NCBI GenBank assembly: GCA_036496165.1
Contig: DASXLN010000329.1
Coordinates: forward strand, 1 to 33,975
DNA from: Gaiellaceae bacterium
GTDB lineage: Bacteria > Actinomycetota > Thermoleophilia > Gaiellales > Gaiellaceae
Length of the DNA stretch: 33,975 nucleotides
Direction of reading: 5' to 3'
Every line of letters starts with the position of its first letter. The stretch's first letter is position 1. Shown here one piece after another: positions 15,074 to 23,310 of this stretch. A model generated the notes under the pieces. The model was not told the origin of the DNA and ran no database searches. It saw nothing but the letters and a program-made list of their open reading frames with translations. Position numbers and translations under genes: made by a program.

Positions 15074-15469
15074 ATGGCGAAGTTCGTCGTCGACCTGGGC
15101 GTCGCGCTCGAGCTCGCGCGCACGCAGGCGAAGGTGCCGGCGAAGCACACGCTGCTCGCGCCGACGCTCCTGCGCTCGCAGGCGCTGTCGGCGATGCACG
15201 AGGCAGTGCACCGCGGCGAGCTCGCCGCCGACGTGGCGCGGGAGCGGCTCGCCTACGTGTCGCAGATGAAGATGAGGCTTCTCGGCGACGCCGTCCTCCG
15301 CCGTCGAGCCTGGGAGGTCGCCGACGAGCTCGGGTGGGCCGAGACGTACACCGCCGAGTACGTCGCGCTCGCGCAGGTGCAGCGCTCGACGCTCGTCACC
15401 CTCGACGCCCGCCTGCGGCGGAGCATCGAGGGTGTCGTCCCGACGGCGACGATCGACGCCCTGCTCTAG
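15074..15469 (+). CDS. PIN-domain (VapC-like) protein, apparently degenerate active site
   Basis: VapC-like layout: FVVDLGV (first Asp), LLAPTLLRSQALSAL-type helix, ...AEYVALAQ..STLVTLDARL. Starts 5 nt after the small ORF. Confidence 0.6.
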   Translation: MAKFVVDLGVALELARTQAKVPAKHTLLAPTLLRSQALSAMHEAVHRGELAADVARERLAYVSQMKMRLLGDAVLRRRAWEVADELGWAETYTAEYVALAQVQRSTLVTLDARLRRSIEGVVPTATIDALL

Positions 15470-15822
15470 GCCGCGGCAGGTGGCTCGGGCTGCGGCTGCG
15501 TCGGCGCATCCGCTGCGAGGTCGCTCGTCGCCTGGAGGTACTCCTCGCGACTGATCTGGCCGCTCGCGAATCGCATCCGCAGCACGTCGAACGGGTCGGG
15601 GCCGCCGCGGCCGCGCATCACCATCCGCGGGCCGAAGTGGCGTCGGCGCCCGCCGCCGGCGGCGCGCGCGACGATGAGCGCGCCGAGCGTCAGCGCGATC
15701 AGCAGGACGAGGGAGAACGTCGCCCACTGGAGAGGCGTGTTGCCGAGATGCTCGTGCACGCGCAGGGCCGGGCCGTAGCCGAAGCCCTGGCCGCCGGGGA
15801 AGCGGGGATACTGGTTGTTCAT
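15466..15822 (-). CDS. Single-pass membrane protein with C-terminal SHOCT domain
   Basis: Last 118 codons of track ORF 15466..16875. Start is ATG 15822 (MNNQYPRF...), with an alternative ATG at 15846. TM segment WATFSLVLLIALTLGALIV. SHOCT motif LRMRFASGQISREEYLQ. Confidence 0.7.
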   Translation of the reverse strand: MNNQYPRFPGGQGFGYGPALRVHEHLGNTPLQWATFSLVLLIALTLGALIVARAAGGGRRRHFGPRMVMRGRGGPDPFDVLRMRFASGQISREEYLQATSDLAADAPTQPQPEPPAAA

Positions 15823-15847
15823 GCGCCCACCGTACGGCGGGCGCATG
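15820..15847. repeat. 28-bp near-perfect palindrome catgcgcccaccgtacggcgggcgcatg spanning the SHOCT start codon
   Basis: Read directly. 13 of 14 positions are self-complementary and both arms contain an in-frame ATG on the minus strand. Confidence 0.85.
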
Positions 15848-15887
15848 AGAAGTGAATAAGGCGTCGCTTGCGACGCTGGGCGGCCGC

Positions 15888-16328
15888 TTAAGCCGTCGCG
15901 GGAACGCGCGTTTCGGGCGGGATGGAGAGCACCGGGCAGAACGCGGTGTGCAGCAGCCCGCGTGCGACGCTGCCGAGCACCGCGGCGCGGAAGCCGCCCC
16001 AGCCGTGCGTGCCGACGACGATGAGGTCGGCGTCCACCTCGCGTGCAGCCTTCGCGATCAGCTGCGCCACGTCGTGTGTGCCGTTGACGACCTTCAGCTC
16101 GACCGGAAGACCGAGCTCGCGGAGCTCCGTCACCTGGCCGCGGATCTTGGCGACGAGCTCGGGCTCGTCGGACAGCATCGGCGCACCGCCGAACCGCCCG
16201 GCCAGGAGCTCGTTCGCATGGATGGCGACGATCGTCGCGTGGTGCTGGCGAGCGAGGTCCATGACGGTCACGAGCGCGCGGTCGGCGAGCTCGGAGCCGT
16301 CGGTCGCCCAGACGATGGTCTCGAACAT
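15888..16328 (-). CDS. Universal stress protein (UspA family)
   Basis: N-terminus IVWATDGSELADRAL and the ATP-binding C-terminal motif DLIVVGTHGWGGFRAAVLGSVARGLL. Confidence 0.9.
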   Translation of the reverse strand: MFETIVWATDGSELADRALVTVMDLARQHHATIVAIHANELLAGRFGGAPMLSDEPELVAKIRGQVTELRELGLPVELKVVNGTHDVAQLIAKAAREVDADLIVVGTHGWGGFRAAVLGSVARGLLHTAFCPVLSIPPETRVPATA

Positions 16329-16364
16329 GGGAGGTCCTTTCCTCGAGGTTCGGAACCATGGTCC

Positions 16365-16412
16365 GGCGGCGCCGCCCGTCGCGCATCGTGCGCGATACGG
16401 AGCGGCGCCGCC
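16365..16412. repeat. Compound GC-rich stem-loop: an 11-bp perfect outer stem enclosing an inner CGCGCA-N3-TGCGCG hairpin
   Basis: ggcggcgccgc (16365-16375) pairs with gcggcgccgcc (16402-16412). It lies between the permease stop and the USP start, so it may be a permease terminator. Confidence 0.5.
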
Positions 16413-16424
16413 AGGAACTACGGA

Positions 16425-18017
16425 CTACATCGAGGCGGGTTGAGCCGTGCCGGGCGTGGCCATGCCGGCCTCGATCCGGGTGAGCTCTTCCTCGTTGCCC
16501 TCGACGACCGGGCCCTTGAACCACTTCCGCGCCGACACGAGCCACCAGGCGCCGACGAGGACGAGGACGCCGCCGACCGTGATCGGGGCGTAGTTGACGA
16601 GGTTCCAGTTGAAGTCGCTGTGCCACGGGATCCCCTGCGGCACGCTCGGCATCAGGAACAGGATGACGATGAGCACGATCCACCCGACCGCGATCGGGTT
16701 GATCCACTTGTAGTGCTTGCCGAGCGACCACGCGCCCGGCTGGAACGCATCGCCTGCACGCCAGCGCAGGAAGATCGGGACGCCGTACGCGATGTACAGG
16801 CCGATAACCGCGATCGAGGTGCCGACGAGGTAGCCGATCGCGCCGTTCGCGAGGGTCGGCAGCATGAGCGCCCACGACAGGATCGCGATCGCCATGACGG
16901 AGTAGATCGGCACCCGGTTCCTGGGGCTGACCTTGCGGAAGAGCTTCCGCCCGCCGGGAACCGCACCGTCACGCGAGAACGCGAACATCATCCGCGATGC
17001 CGCGGTGACCGAGGCCGTGCCGCAGTAGAACTGGGCGCAGCAGACGATGAAGAGCAGGAACTCCGCCCAGCGCGTGCCGAGCGACGTCTGCCAGATGTAG
17101 GTCACGTCGAATGCGCCGGCACCGAGCGTCCCCTTCACGTCCGGCACCGCGAACGTCACGGCGACCAGGAGGATGAAGCCGAAGATCACCGACATGACGA
17201 CGGACATGACGACGCCGACCGCGGCCGAGCGCGACGCCTGCCGCGTCTCCTCGCTCATGTGCGCCGAGGCGTCGTAGCCCGTGTAGGTGTACTGCGCCAT
17301 CAGCAGGCCGATCCCGAACACGAACCAGAAGACGGGAGTCGAGAAGTTGTGGCCGCTGAACCCGGATGCGTTCAGCGTCTTCGTGAAGACGAAGCTGAAC
17401 GACTGGTGGTGATCCGGCACGATCGCGAGCACGAGCACGATCACGACGACGCCGACCATGTGCCACCACGCCGAGATCGAGTTCAGCCACGCGAGCAGCC
17501 GCACGCCGTTCAGGTTGAGCAGGAGCTGGGCGGCCATGATCGCGCTGAACGTGATGAAGATCGTGTGCGTGTCGGTGCCGACGCTCGGGAACCAGAGGTT
17601 CATGAGGGCCGTCCAGAAGATCGCCGCGCCGTAGCTGATCGCGGCCGTGACGCCGATCTGCCCGATGAGGTTGAACCAGCCGGTGAACCATCCCCAAGCA
17701 GGCGAGCCGAGCTTCGACGACCAGTAGTAGATCGCCCCCGCGGTCGGCATCGACGACGCGACCTCCGCCATGCCGAGCGCGACGAGCACGACGAAGAAGC
17801 CGACGATCAGCCAGCCCCAGGTCACCGCCACCGGGCCGCCGTCGTTGAACGCGATGAAGTACGACGTCAGGCAGCCGGCGAGGATCGAGATGATCGTGAA
17901 CGAGATGGCGAAGTTCGAGAATCCGCCCATCTCGCGATAGAGCACCTGGGCGTAGCCGAGCTTGTGCAGTGTCCTCGCGTCGTCGTCGACGTGGGACTCA
18001 GGCGCTACCGAGCTCAT
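16425..18017 (-). CDS. APC-superfamily permease, amino acid/choline (ACT)-type
   Basis: About 12 TMS. The N-terminal block FSNFAISFTIISILAGCLTSYFIAFNDGGPVAVTWGWLIVGFFVVLVALGMAEVASSMPTAGAIYYW resembles GABA/choline/ethanolamine-type APC carriers. RBS is GGGAGG. Confidence 0.88.
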   Translation of the reverse strand: MSSVAPESHVDDDARTLHKLGYAQVLYREMGGFSNFAISFTIISILAGCLTSYFIAFNDGGPVAVTWGWLIVGFFVVLVALGMAEVASSMPTAGAIYYWSSKLGSPAWGWFTGWFNLIGQIGVTAAISYGAAIFWTALMNLWFPSVGTDTHTIFITFSAIMAAQLLLNLNGVRLLAWLNSISAWWHMVGVVVIVLVLAIVPDHHQSFSFVFTKTLNASGFSGHNFSTPVFWFVFGIGLLMAQYTYTGYDASAHMSEETRQASRSAAVGVVMSVVMSVIFGFILLVAVTFAVPDVKGTLGAGAFDVTYIWQTSLGTRWAEFLLFIVCCAQFYCGTASVTAASRMMFAFSRDGAVPGGRKLFRKVSPRNRVPIYSVMAIAILSWALMLPTLANGAIGYLVGTSIAVIGLYIAYGVPIFLRWRAGDAFQPGAWSLGKHYKWINPIAVGWIVLIVILFLMPSVPQGIPWHSDFNWNLVNYAPITVGGVLVLVGAWWLVSARKWFKGPVVEGNEEELTRIEAGMATPGTAQPASM

Positions 18018-18103
18018 TCAACCTCCCTTGGACATTGGGGTCCCGCGATTCTCCGCCTGCCGCCGGACGTTTTCAATCCGAAGCCGGGTCCAGACTGGCC
18101 GGC

Positions 18104-19159
18104 GTGGGCTCGCTCTCCTCGCCGCTGCTCGTGGTGGTCTTCGCCGCGGCCGCGGCGGCGACCTGGATCGCGGGCACGGCGCTCTCGAAGACGACCGACG
18201 TCCTCGACCGGCGATTCGACCTGGGCGAGGCCCTCGGCGGCGTCATCCTGCTCGCGGTCGCCGGGACGCTGCCGGAGATCGCGATCACGGTCTCGGCCGC
18301 CTCGAGCGGCCACCTCGACCTCGCCGCCGGCAATCTCATCGGCGGTATCGCGGTGCAGACGCTCGTCCTCGTCGTCTGTGACGCAGTCGCCTCGCGTGAC
18401 GAGTCGCTCACGTACCTCGTGGGCAAGCTCGTGCCGGTGCTGGAGGGGTTGCTCGTGATCTTCGTCGTCTGCGGCGTGCTGATGGGTGCCCTGCTCCCGG
18501 CGTCGACGAGCATCGGGCCGGTGAGCCCGGCCTCGCTCGGCATCTGCATCGCCTGGGTGTCCGGCGTCTACTTCATCAACCGCGCCCGGAAGGATCACCG
18601 GTGGAAGGTCGACATGCCGGGCAGCCGGCCCGGACGGCTGAACCGCCGCATCCCGCACGTGGACGAGCAGCCGACGAAGCTGACCGAGTCGACCGCCCGG
18701 GCCGCGACCGTCTTCGTGGTCGGCTGCGTCGTCACGCTCGTCTCCGGGGTCGTCCTCGAGGTCGCGGGCAGCGACCTCGCCGGGCGCGCCCACGTGACCG
18801 GCGTCATCTTCGGCGCCACCGTCCTCGCGGTGGCGACCGCGCTGCCGGAGATCAGCTCGGGCGTCGCCGCGGTGCGCCTCGGAGACAACGAGCTCGCCGT
18901 CGCCGACATCTTCGGCGGCAACGCCTTCCAGGTGTCGCTCTTCCTGCTCGCGGACATCATCGCCGGCAAGCCCGTGCTGCCGACGGCGGGACGGCAGAAC
19001 AGCTGGCTCGCCGTGCTCGGCATCGCAGTCACCGTCCCGTACGCAGCGGGAGTGATCATCCGCCGCCGGGACACCATCTGGCGCTTCGGTGCCGACTCGC
19101 TCGTCGCCGTTGCGCTCTTCGGGCTCGGCATCGCCGGTCTCGTCGTCGTCCACGCCTGA
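18104..19159 (+). CDS. Sodium/calcium exchanger (CaCA) family membrane protein
   Basis: Two alpha-repeat motifs: GGVILLAVAGTLPEIAITVSAA and GATVLAVATALPEISSGVAAV. Start chosen at GTG 18104, the first in-frame start clear of the permease gene; the start is uncertain. Confidence 0.8.
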   Translation: MGSLSSPLLVVVFAAAAAATWIAGTALSKTTDVLDRRFDLGEALGGVILLAVAGTLPEIAITVSAASSGHLDLAAGNLIGGIAVQTLVLVVCDAVASRDESLTYLVGKLVPVLEGLLVIFVVCGVLMGALLPASTSIGPVSPASLGICIAWVSGVYFINRARKDHRWKVDMPGSRPGRLNRRIPHVDEQPTKLTESTARAATVFVVGCVVTLVSGVVLEVAGSDLAGRAHVTGVIFGATVLAVATALPEISSGVAAVRLGDNELAVADIFGGNAFQVSLFLLADIIAGKPVLPTAGRQNSWLAVLGIAVTVPYAAGVIIRRRDTIWRFGADSLVAVALFGLGIAGLVVVHA

Positions 19160-19177
19160 GTCCAGTAAGGTCGGTTC

Positions 19178-20512
19178 ATGCTCACGGTCGATGAGCTGAG
19201 GGAGGACACCAACGCGGGCACCGTGGACACGGTCATCGCCGCGTTCACCGACATGCAGGGCCGCCTCATGGGCAAGCGGCTCGACGGGGAGTTCTTCCTC
19301 GACCAGCTCGAGCACGGTCACGGCAGCGAGGGCTGCAACTACCTCCTCGCGCTCGAGATGGAGATGGATCCCGTCCCCGGCTACGCGATCGCGAGCTGGG
19401 AGCGCGGCTACGGCGACTTCTCGCTCAAGCCCGACCTCGCGACGCTACGACGGATCCCGTGGCACGAGGCGACGGTGATGGTGCAGTGCGACGTGGAATG
19501 GCACGACGGGTCGCCGGTGGCGCCGTCGCCGCGTCAGATGCTGCGCGCGCAAGTGGAGAAGGCGCGCGCGCTGGGGTACGAGCCGATGTTCGGCTCCGAG
19601 CTCGAGTTCTTCCTCTTCCGCGAGACGTATCTCGAGGCGCACGCGAAGCACTACCACGACCTGACGCCGTCGGTGCCGTACATCCTCGACTACCACATCC
19701 TCGCGTCGAGCTACGACGAGCCGTTCCTCCGCGAGGTGCGGACGAACATGAAGGCGGCGGGGATGATCGTCGAGTCGTCGAAGGGCGAGGCGTGGGCGGG
19801 ACAGCACGAGATCAACTTCCGCTTCGCCGACGCGCTCAAGGCCGCGGACGACCACGTCGTCTACAAAACCGGGATCAAGGAGATCGCGTACCAGCGCGGC
19901 TGCTCGGTGACGTTCATGGCGAAGCCGCACCACGACTGGGTCGGCTCCTCGTGCCACATCCACTCGTCGCTCTGGCAGGACGGCAAGGCCGCGTTCGCCG
20001 GCGAGTCGGACGTCTTCAAGCACTACCTCGCGGGGCAGATCGCCTGCGCCGCCGATCTCGCGATCTTCATCGCGCCGACGATCAACTCGTACAAGCGGTT
20101 CGCCGCCGGCAGCTGGGCGCCGACGACGCTCGCGTGGGGGTACGACAACCGCACGTGCGGCTTCCGCATCGTCGGTCACGGCTCGGCGCTACGGGCGGAG
20201 TCGCGCATCCCGGGAGCGGACGCGAACCCGTATCTCGCGTTCTCCGCGCTTCTCGCCGCTGGACTGTGGGGCATCGAGCAGCAGCTCGAGCTCGGCCCGG
20301 CGCTCGAGGGCAATGCGTACATCTCGGATGCGGAGCGGTTCCCGCATGCAATGCGCGAGGCGATCGCGCGGCTCGAGCAGAGCACGGTCGCGCGGCAGCT
20401 CCTCGGCGACGAGGTGATCGACCACTACCTGAACTACGCGCGCACGGAGCAGGAGCTGTTCGACAAGACCGTGACGGGCTACGAGCGGGAGCGGATGTTC
20501 GAACGTGGCTAG
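19178..20512 (+). CDS. Glutamine synthetase-family gamma-glutamyl-amine ligase (GlnA-like/PuuA-like)
   Basis: GS type I-like catalytic domain: FGSELEFFLF, GEAWAGQHEINF, SSCHIHSSLW, NSYKRF, NRTCGFRIV. No adenylylation-type context. The operon partners are gamma-glutamyl pathway enzymes. Confidence 0.9.
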   Translation: MLTVDELREDTNAGTVDTVIAAFTDMQGRLMGKRLDGEFFLDQLEHGHGSEGCNYLLALEMEMDPVPGYAIASWERGYGDFSLKPDLATLRRIPWHEATVMVQCDVEWHDGSPVAPSPRQMLRAQVEKARALGYEPMFGSELEFFLFRETYLEAHAKHYHDLTPSVPYILDYHILASSYDEPFLREVRTNMKAAGMIVESSKGEAWAGQHEINFRFADALKAADDHVVYKTGIKEIAYQRGCSVTFMAKPHHDWVGSSCHIHSSLWQDGKAAFAGESDVFKHYLAGQIACAADLAIFIAPTINSYKRFAAGSWAPTTLAWGYDNRTCGFRIVGHGSALRAESRIPGADANPYLAFSALLAAGLWGIEQQLELGPALEGNAYISDAERFPHAMREAIARLEQSTVARQLLGDEVIDHYLNYARTEQELFDKTVTGYERERMFERG

Positions 20513-21200
20513 GCCGGTCGTAGGGATCACGACATACGTGACCGACGCGAAGTGGGGGTACTGGAACCTCGAGGCTGCGCTCATCCCCTTCGACTACGTG
20601 CAGAAGGTGGAGCGGGCGGGCGGACGGGCGATGCTCGTGCCGCCGTCGCTCGACGGTGTGGAAGAGACCCTCGACGCCCTCGACGGCGTCATCTTCACCG
20701 GCGGGTCCGACCTCGACCCGGAGCTGTACGGCGAAGACCGGCATGCAGAGACCGCCGGCATCGTGCGGATGCGCGACGACGCGGAGCTCGCGCTCCTCAA
20801 GGCGGCGCTCGAGCGCGACATGCCGGTGCTCGGCATCTGCCGCGGCATCCAGGTGCTGAACGTCGGCCTGGGCGGCGACCTCGAGCAGCATTTCGAGGGG
20901 CACCGGCACGACCCGCCGGGCGAGTTCCTCGCGCACGACGTCGCGATCGAGCCGGAAACGCGCCTGGGCGAGATCCTCGGGGAGCGGACGACCGTCATGT
21001 CACACCATCACCAGGGGCTGAAGACGCTCGCGCCCGGCCTCGTCGAGACGGCGCACGCCGACGACGGGTTGGTCGAGGCGGTCGAGGCACCGGACCGGCG
21101 CTTCGCCGTCGGCGTCCTCTGGCATCCCGAGGCGGCGGACGATGCCCGCCTCTTCGAGGCGCTCGTCGCCGAGGCCGCGCGCTACCGGGAGGAGAAGTGA
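20505..21200 (+). CDS. Gamma-glutamyl-gamma-aminobutyrate hydrolase family (peptidase C26, class I amidotransferase fold, PuuD-like)
   Basis: Motifs PVVGIT, GVIFTGGSDLDP, the nucleophile elbow LGICRGIQVLNV, and VLWHPE. The GTG start overlaps the GS-like stop by 8 nt. Confidence 0.9.
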   Translation: MARPVVGITTYVTDAKWGYWNLEAALIPFDYVQKVERAGGRAMLVPPSLDGVEETLDALDGVIFTGGSDLDPELYGEDRHAETAGIVRMRDDAELALLKAALERDMPVLGICRGIQVLNVGLGGDLEQHFEGHRHDPPGEFLAHDVAIEPETRLGEILGERTTVMSHHHQGLKTLAPGLVETAHADDGLVEAVEAPDRRFAVGVLWHPEAADDARLFEALVAEAARYREEK

Positions 21201-22549
21201 CCGCCGTCCTCAACCCGGCGACGGAGGAGACGATCGCCGAGGTTCCCGCGCACAGCGCCGAGGAGACGGACGCGGTCGTCGCGCAGGCGAAGGCGGCGTT
21301 CCCGGCGTGGCGCGCACTCGCGCCGGGCGACCGGGCGCGACTGCTGCGGCGGCTCGCGACGCTCGTCGAGGAGCACCACGAGGAGCTCTCGAGAATCGAG
21401 TCGCGCAACGCCGGCAAGCCGATCTCCGGCGCGCGCGGCGAGGTGGGGATGGTGGCGCAGGTCTTCCACTTCTACGCGGGCGCGGTCGACAAGCACTACG
21501 GCGAGACGATCCCCGTTGCCGGCGGCGTCGACATGACGTTCCGCGAGCCGCTCGGCGTCGTCGGCCTGATCGTGCCGTGGAACTTCCCGCTCAACATCTC
21601 GTCGTGGAAGCTCGGCCCGGCATTGGCCACCGGTAACACCGTCGTCCTGAAGCCGGCGGAGCTGACGCCGCTGTCGGCGCTCCGCCTCGCCGAGCTCGCG
21701 CTCGAGGCCGGGATCCCGGAGGGCGTGCTCAACGTCGTCACCGGCAAGGGCTCGGTCGTCGGGCAGCGCCTGATCGAGCATCCCGACGTTGCGAAGATCG
21801 GCTTCACGGGCTCGACCGAGGTCGGCCAGCAGGTCATGCGCGGTGCGGCGGGGACGATCAAGCGCGTCACGCTCGAGCTCGGCGGCAAGTCCGCGAACGT
21901 CGTCTTCGCGGACAGCGACCTGGAGAAGGCGGCCTCGACCGCGCCGTACGCGGTGTTCGACAACGCCGGCCAGGACTGCTGCGCGCGGTCGCGCATCCTC
22001 GTCGAGAAATCGGTCTACGACCGCTTTCTCGACCATCTGACGGAGGCGACGGCGCGAGTGAAAGTCGGCGATCCTGAGCTGGACGAAACGGAGATGGGGC
22101 CACTGATTTCGGCCGCGCATCGCGAGACAGTGGCGAGCTTCGTCGATGACGGAGTCTCGCTAGCCTTCAGGGGCGAAGCGCCTGAAGGCAAGGGCTTCTG
22201 GTACCCGGCGACGCTCGTCGAGGCGCGGCCCGGCGACCGCATCGCGCGCGATGAGGTCTTCGGGCCGGTGGCGGCGCTCATCCCGTTCGCCGACGAGGCC
22301 GAGGCGGTGCGCATCGCGAACGACTCCGTCTACGGGCTCTCGGGCTCGATCTGGACGCGCGACGGCGCGCGCGCCCTCCGGGTCGCGCGAGCCCTCGAGA
22401 CCGGCGTGCTCTCGATCAACTCGAACTCGTCGGTGCGCGTGTCGACGCCGTTCGGCGGCTTCAAGCAGAGCGGCTTCGGCCGCGAGCTCGGCATGCACGC
22501 GATGGACGGCTACACCGAGGTCAAGAACGTGTTCTACTCGACCGCATGA
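21197..22549 (+). CDS. NAD(P)-dependent aldehyde dehydrogenase
   Basis: GTG 21197 overlaps the upstream stop (GTGA). Motifs PWNFPL, the catalytic Glu in VTLELGGKS, the Cys in AGQDCCARSR, and EVFGPV. The upstream part of track ORF 20552..22549 is an out-of-frame artefact. Confidence 0.92.
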   Translation: MTAVLNPATEETIAEVPAHSAEETDAVVAQAKAAFPAWRALAPGDRARLLRRLATLVEEHHEELSRIESRNAGKPISGARGEVGMVAQVFHFYAGAVDKHYGETIPVAGGVDMTFREPLGVVGLIVPWNFPLNISSWKLGPALATGNTVVLKPAELTPLSALRLAELALEAGIPEGVLNVVTGKGSVVGQRLIEHPDVAKIGFTGSTEVGQQVMRGAAGTIKRVTLELGGKSANVVFADSDLEKAASTAPYAVFDNAGQDCCARSRILVEKSVYDRFLDHLTEATARVKVGDPELDETEMGPLISAAHRETVASFVDDGVSLAFRGEAPEGKGFWYPATLVEARPGDRIARDEVFGPVAALIPFADEAEAVRIANDSVYGLSGSIWTRDGARALRVARALETGVLSINSNSSVRVSTPFGGFKQSGFGRELGMHAMDGYTEVKNVFYSTA

Positions 22550-23310
22550 ACAGGCTTCAGGGAAAGGTGTGCGTGATCACCGGCGCCGGCGGCGGCATGG
22601 GCGCCGACGCGGCCGAGCTCTTCACCGAGGAGGGCGCGCAGGTCGTCGTCGCCGACCTCGACGCCGACGCCGCCGGGAAGGTCGCGGACACGGTCGGCGG
22701 GCTCGCGGTGCAGGTGAACGTCGCGGAAGAGGACTCGGTCAGGGCGATGTACGCGGCCGCGAAGGAGCATTTCGGCGGCATCGACGTCCTCTACAACAAC
22801 GCCGGCATCTCGCCGGCGGACGACGACTCGATCCTCGACACGTCGCTCGAGGCGTGGGAGCGCGTGCAGGCGGTGAACACCCGCGGGGTCTACCTCTGCT
22901 GCAAGCACGGCATCCCGTACCTGCTCGAGCGCGGGGGAGGATCGGTGATCAACGTCGCTTCGTTCGTCGCGCTCGTCGGCGCGGCGACGTCGCAGATCTC
23001 GTACACGGCGTCGAAGGGCGCCGTGCTGTCGATGAGCAAGGAGCTCGGCGTCCAGTTCGCGCGGCAGGGGGTGCGCGTGAACGCGCTCTGCCCGGGGCCG
23101 GTCGAGACGCCGCTCCTGCTGCGCATCTGGAGCGAGACGCCGGGCGCCGCCGAGCGGCGCCTCGTGCACGTGCCGATGGGGCGGATGGCGAAGCCGCGCG
23201 AGATCGTCAACGCGGCGCTCTTCCTCGCGAGCGACGAGTCGTCGTACGTGAACGCGTCGACGTTCCTCGTCGACGGCGGCCTCACGGCCGCCTACGTCAC
23301 CCCCGAGTAG
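22546..23310 (+). CDS. Short-chain dehydrogenase/reductase (SDR)
   Basis: Motifs TGAGGGMG, NNAG, and the catalytic YTASK. The ATG overlaps the ALDH stop (ATGA). Confidence 0.9.
   Translation: MNRLQGKVCVITGAGGGMGADAAELFTEEGAQVVVADLDADAAGKVADTVGGLAVQVNVAEEDSVRAMYAAAKEHFGGIDVLYNNAGISPADDDSILDTSLEAWERVQAVNTRGVYLCCKHGIPYLLERGGGSVINVASFVALVGAATSQISYTASKGAVLSMSKELGVQFARQGVRVNALCPGPVETPLLLRIWSETPGAAERRLVHVPMGRMAKPREIVNAALFLASDESSYVNASTFLVDGGLTAAYVTPE

Noticed and set aside
16347-16366. Possible DosR/DevR-type box (GGTTCGGAACCATGGTCCGG) upstream of the universal stress protein gene.
   Set aside because: Only the central ACCATGGT is truly palindromic. The half-site spacing is one base shorter than the mycobacterial GGGACT-N-AGTCCC consensus, and the flanks do not pair. 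This is too weak to claim.
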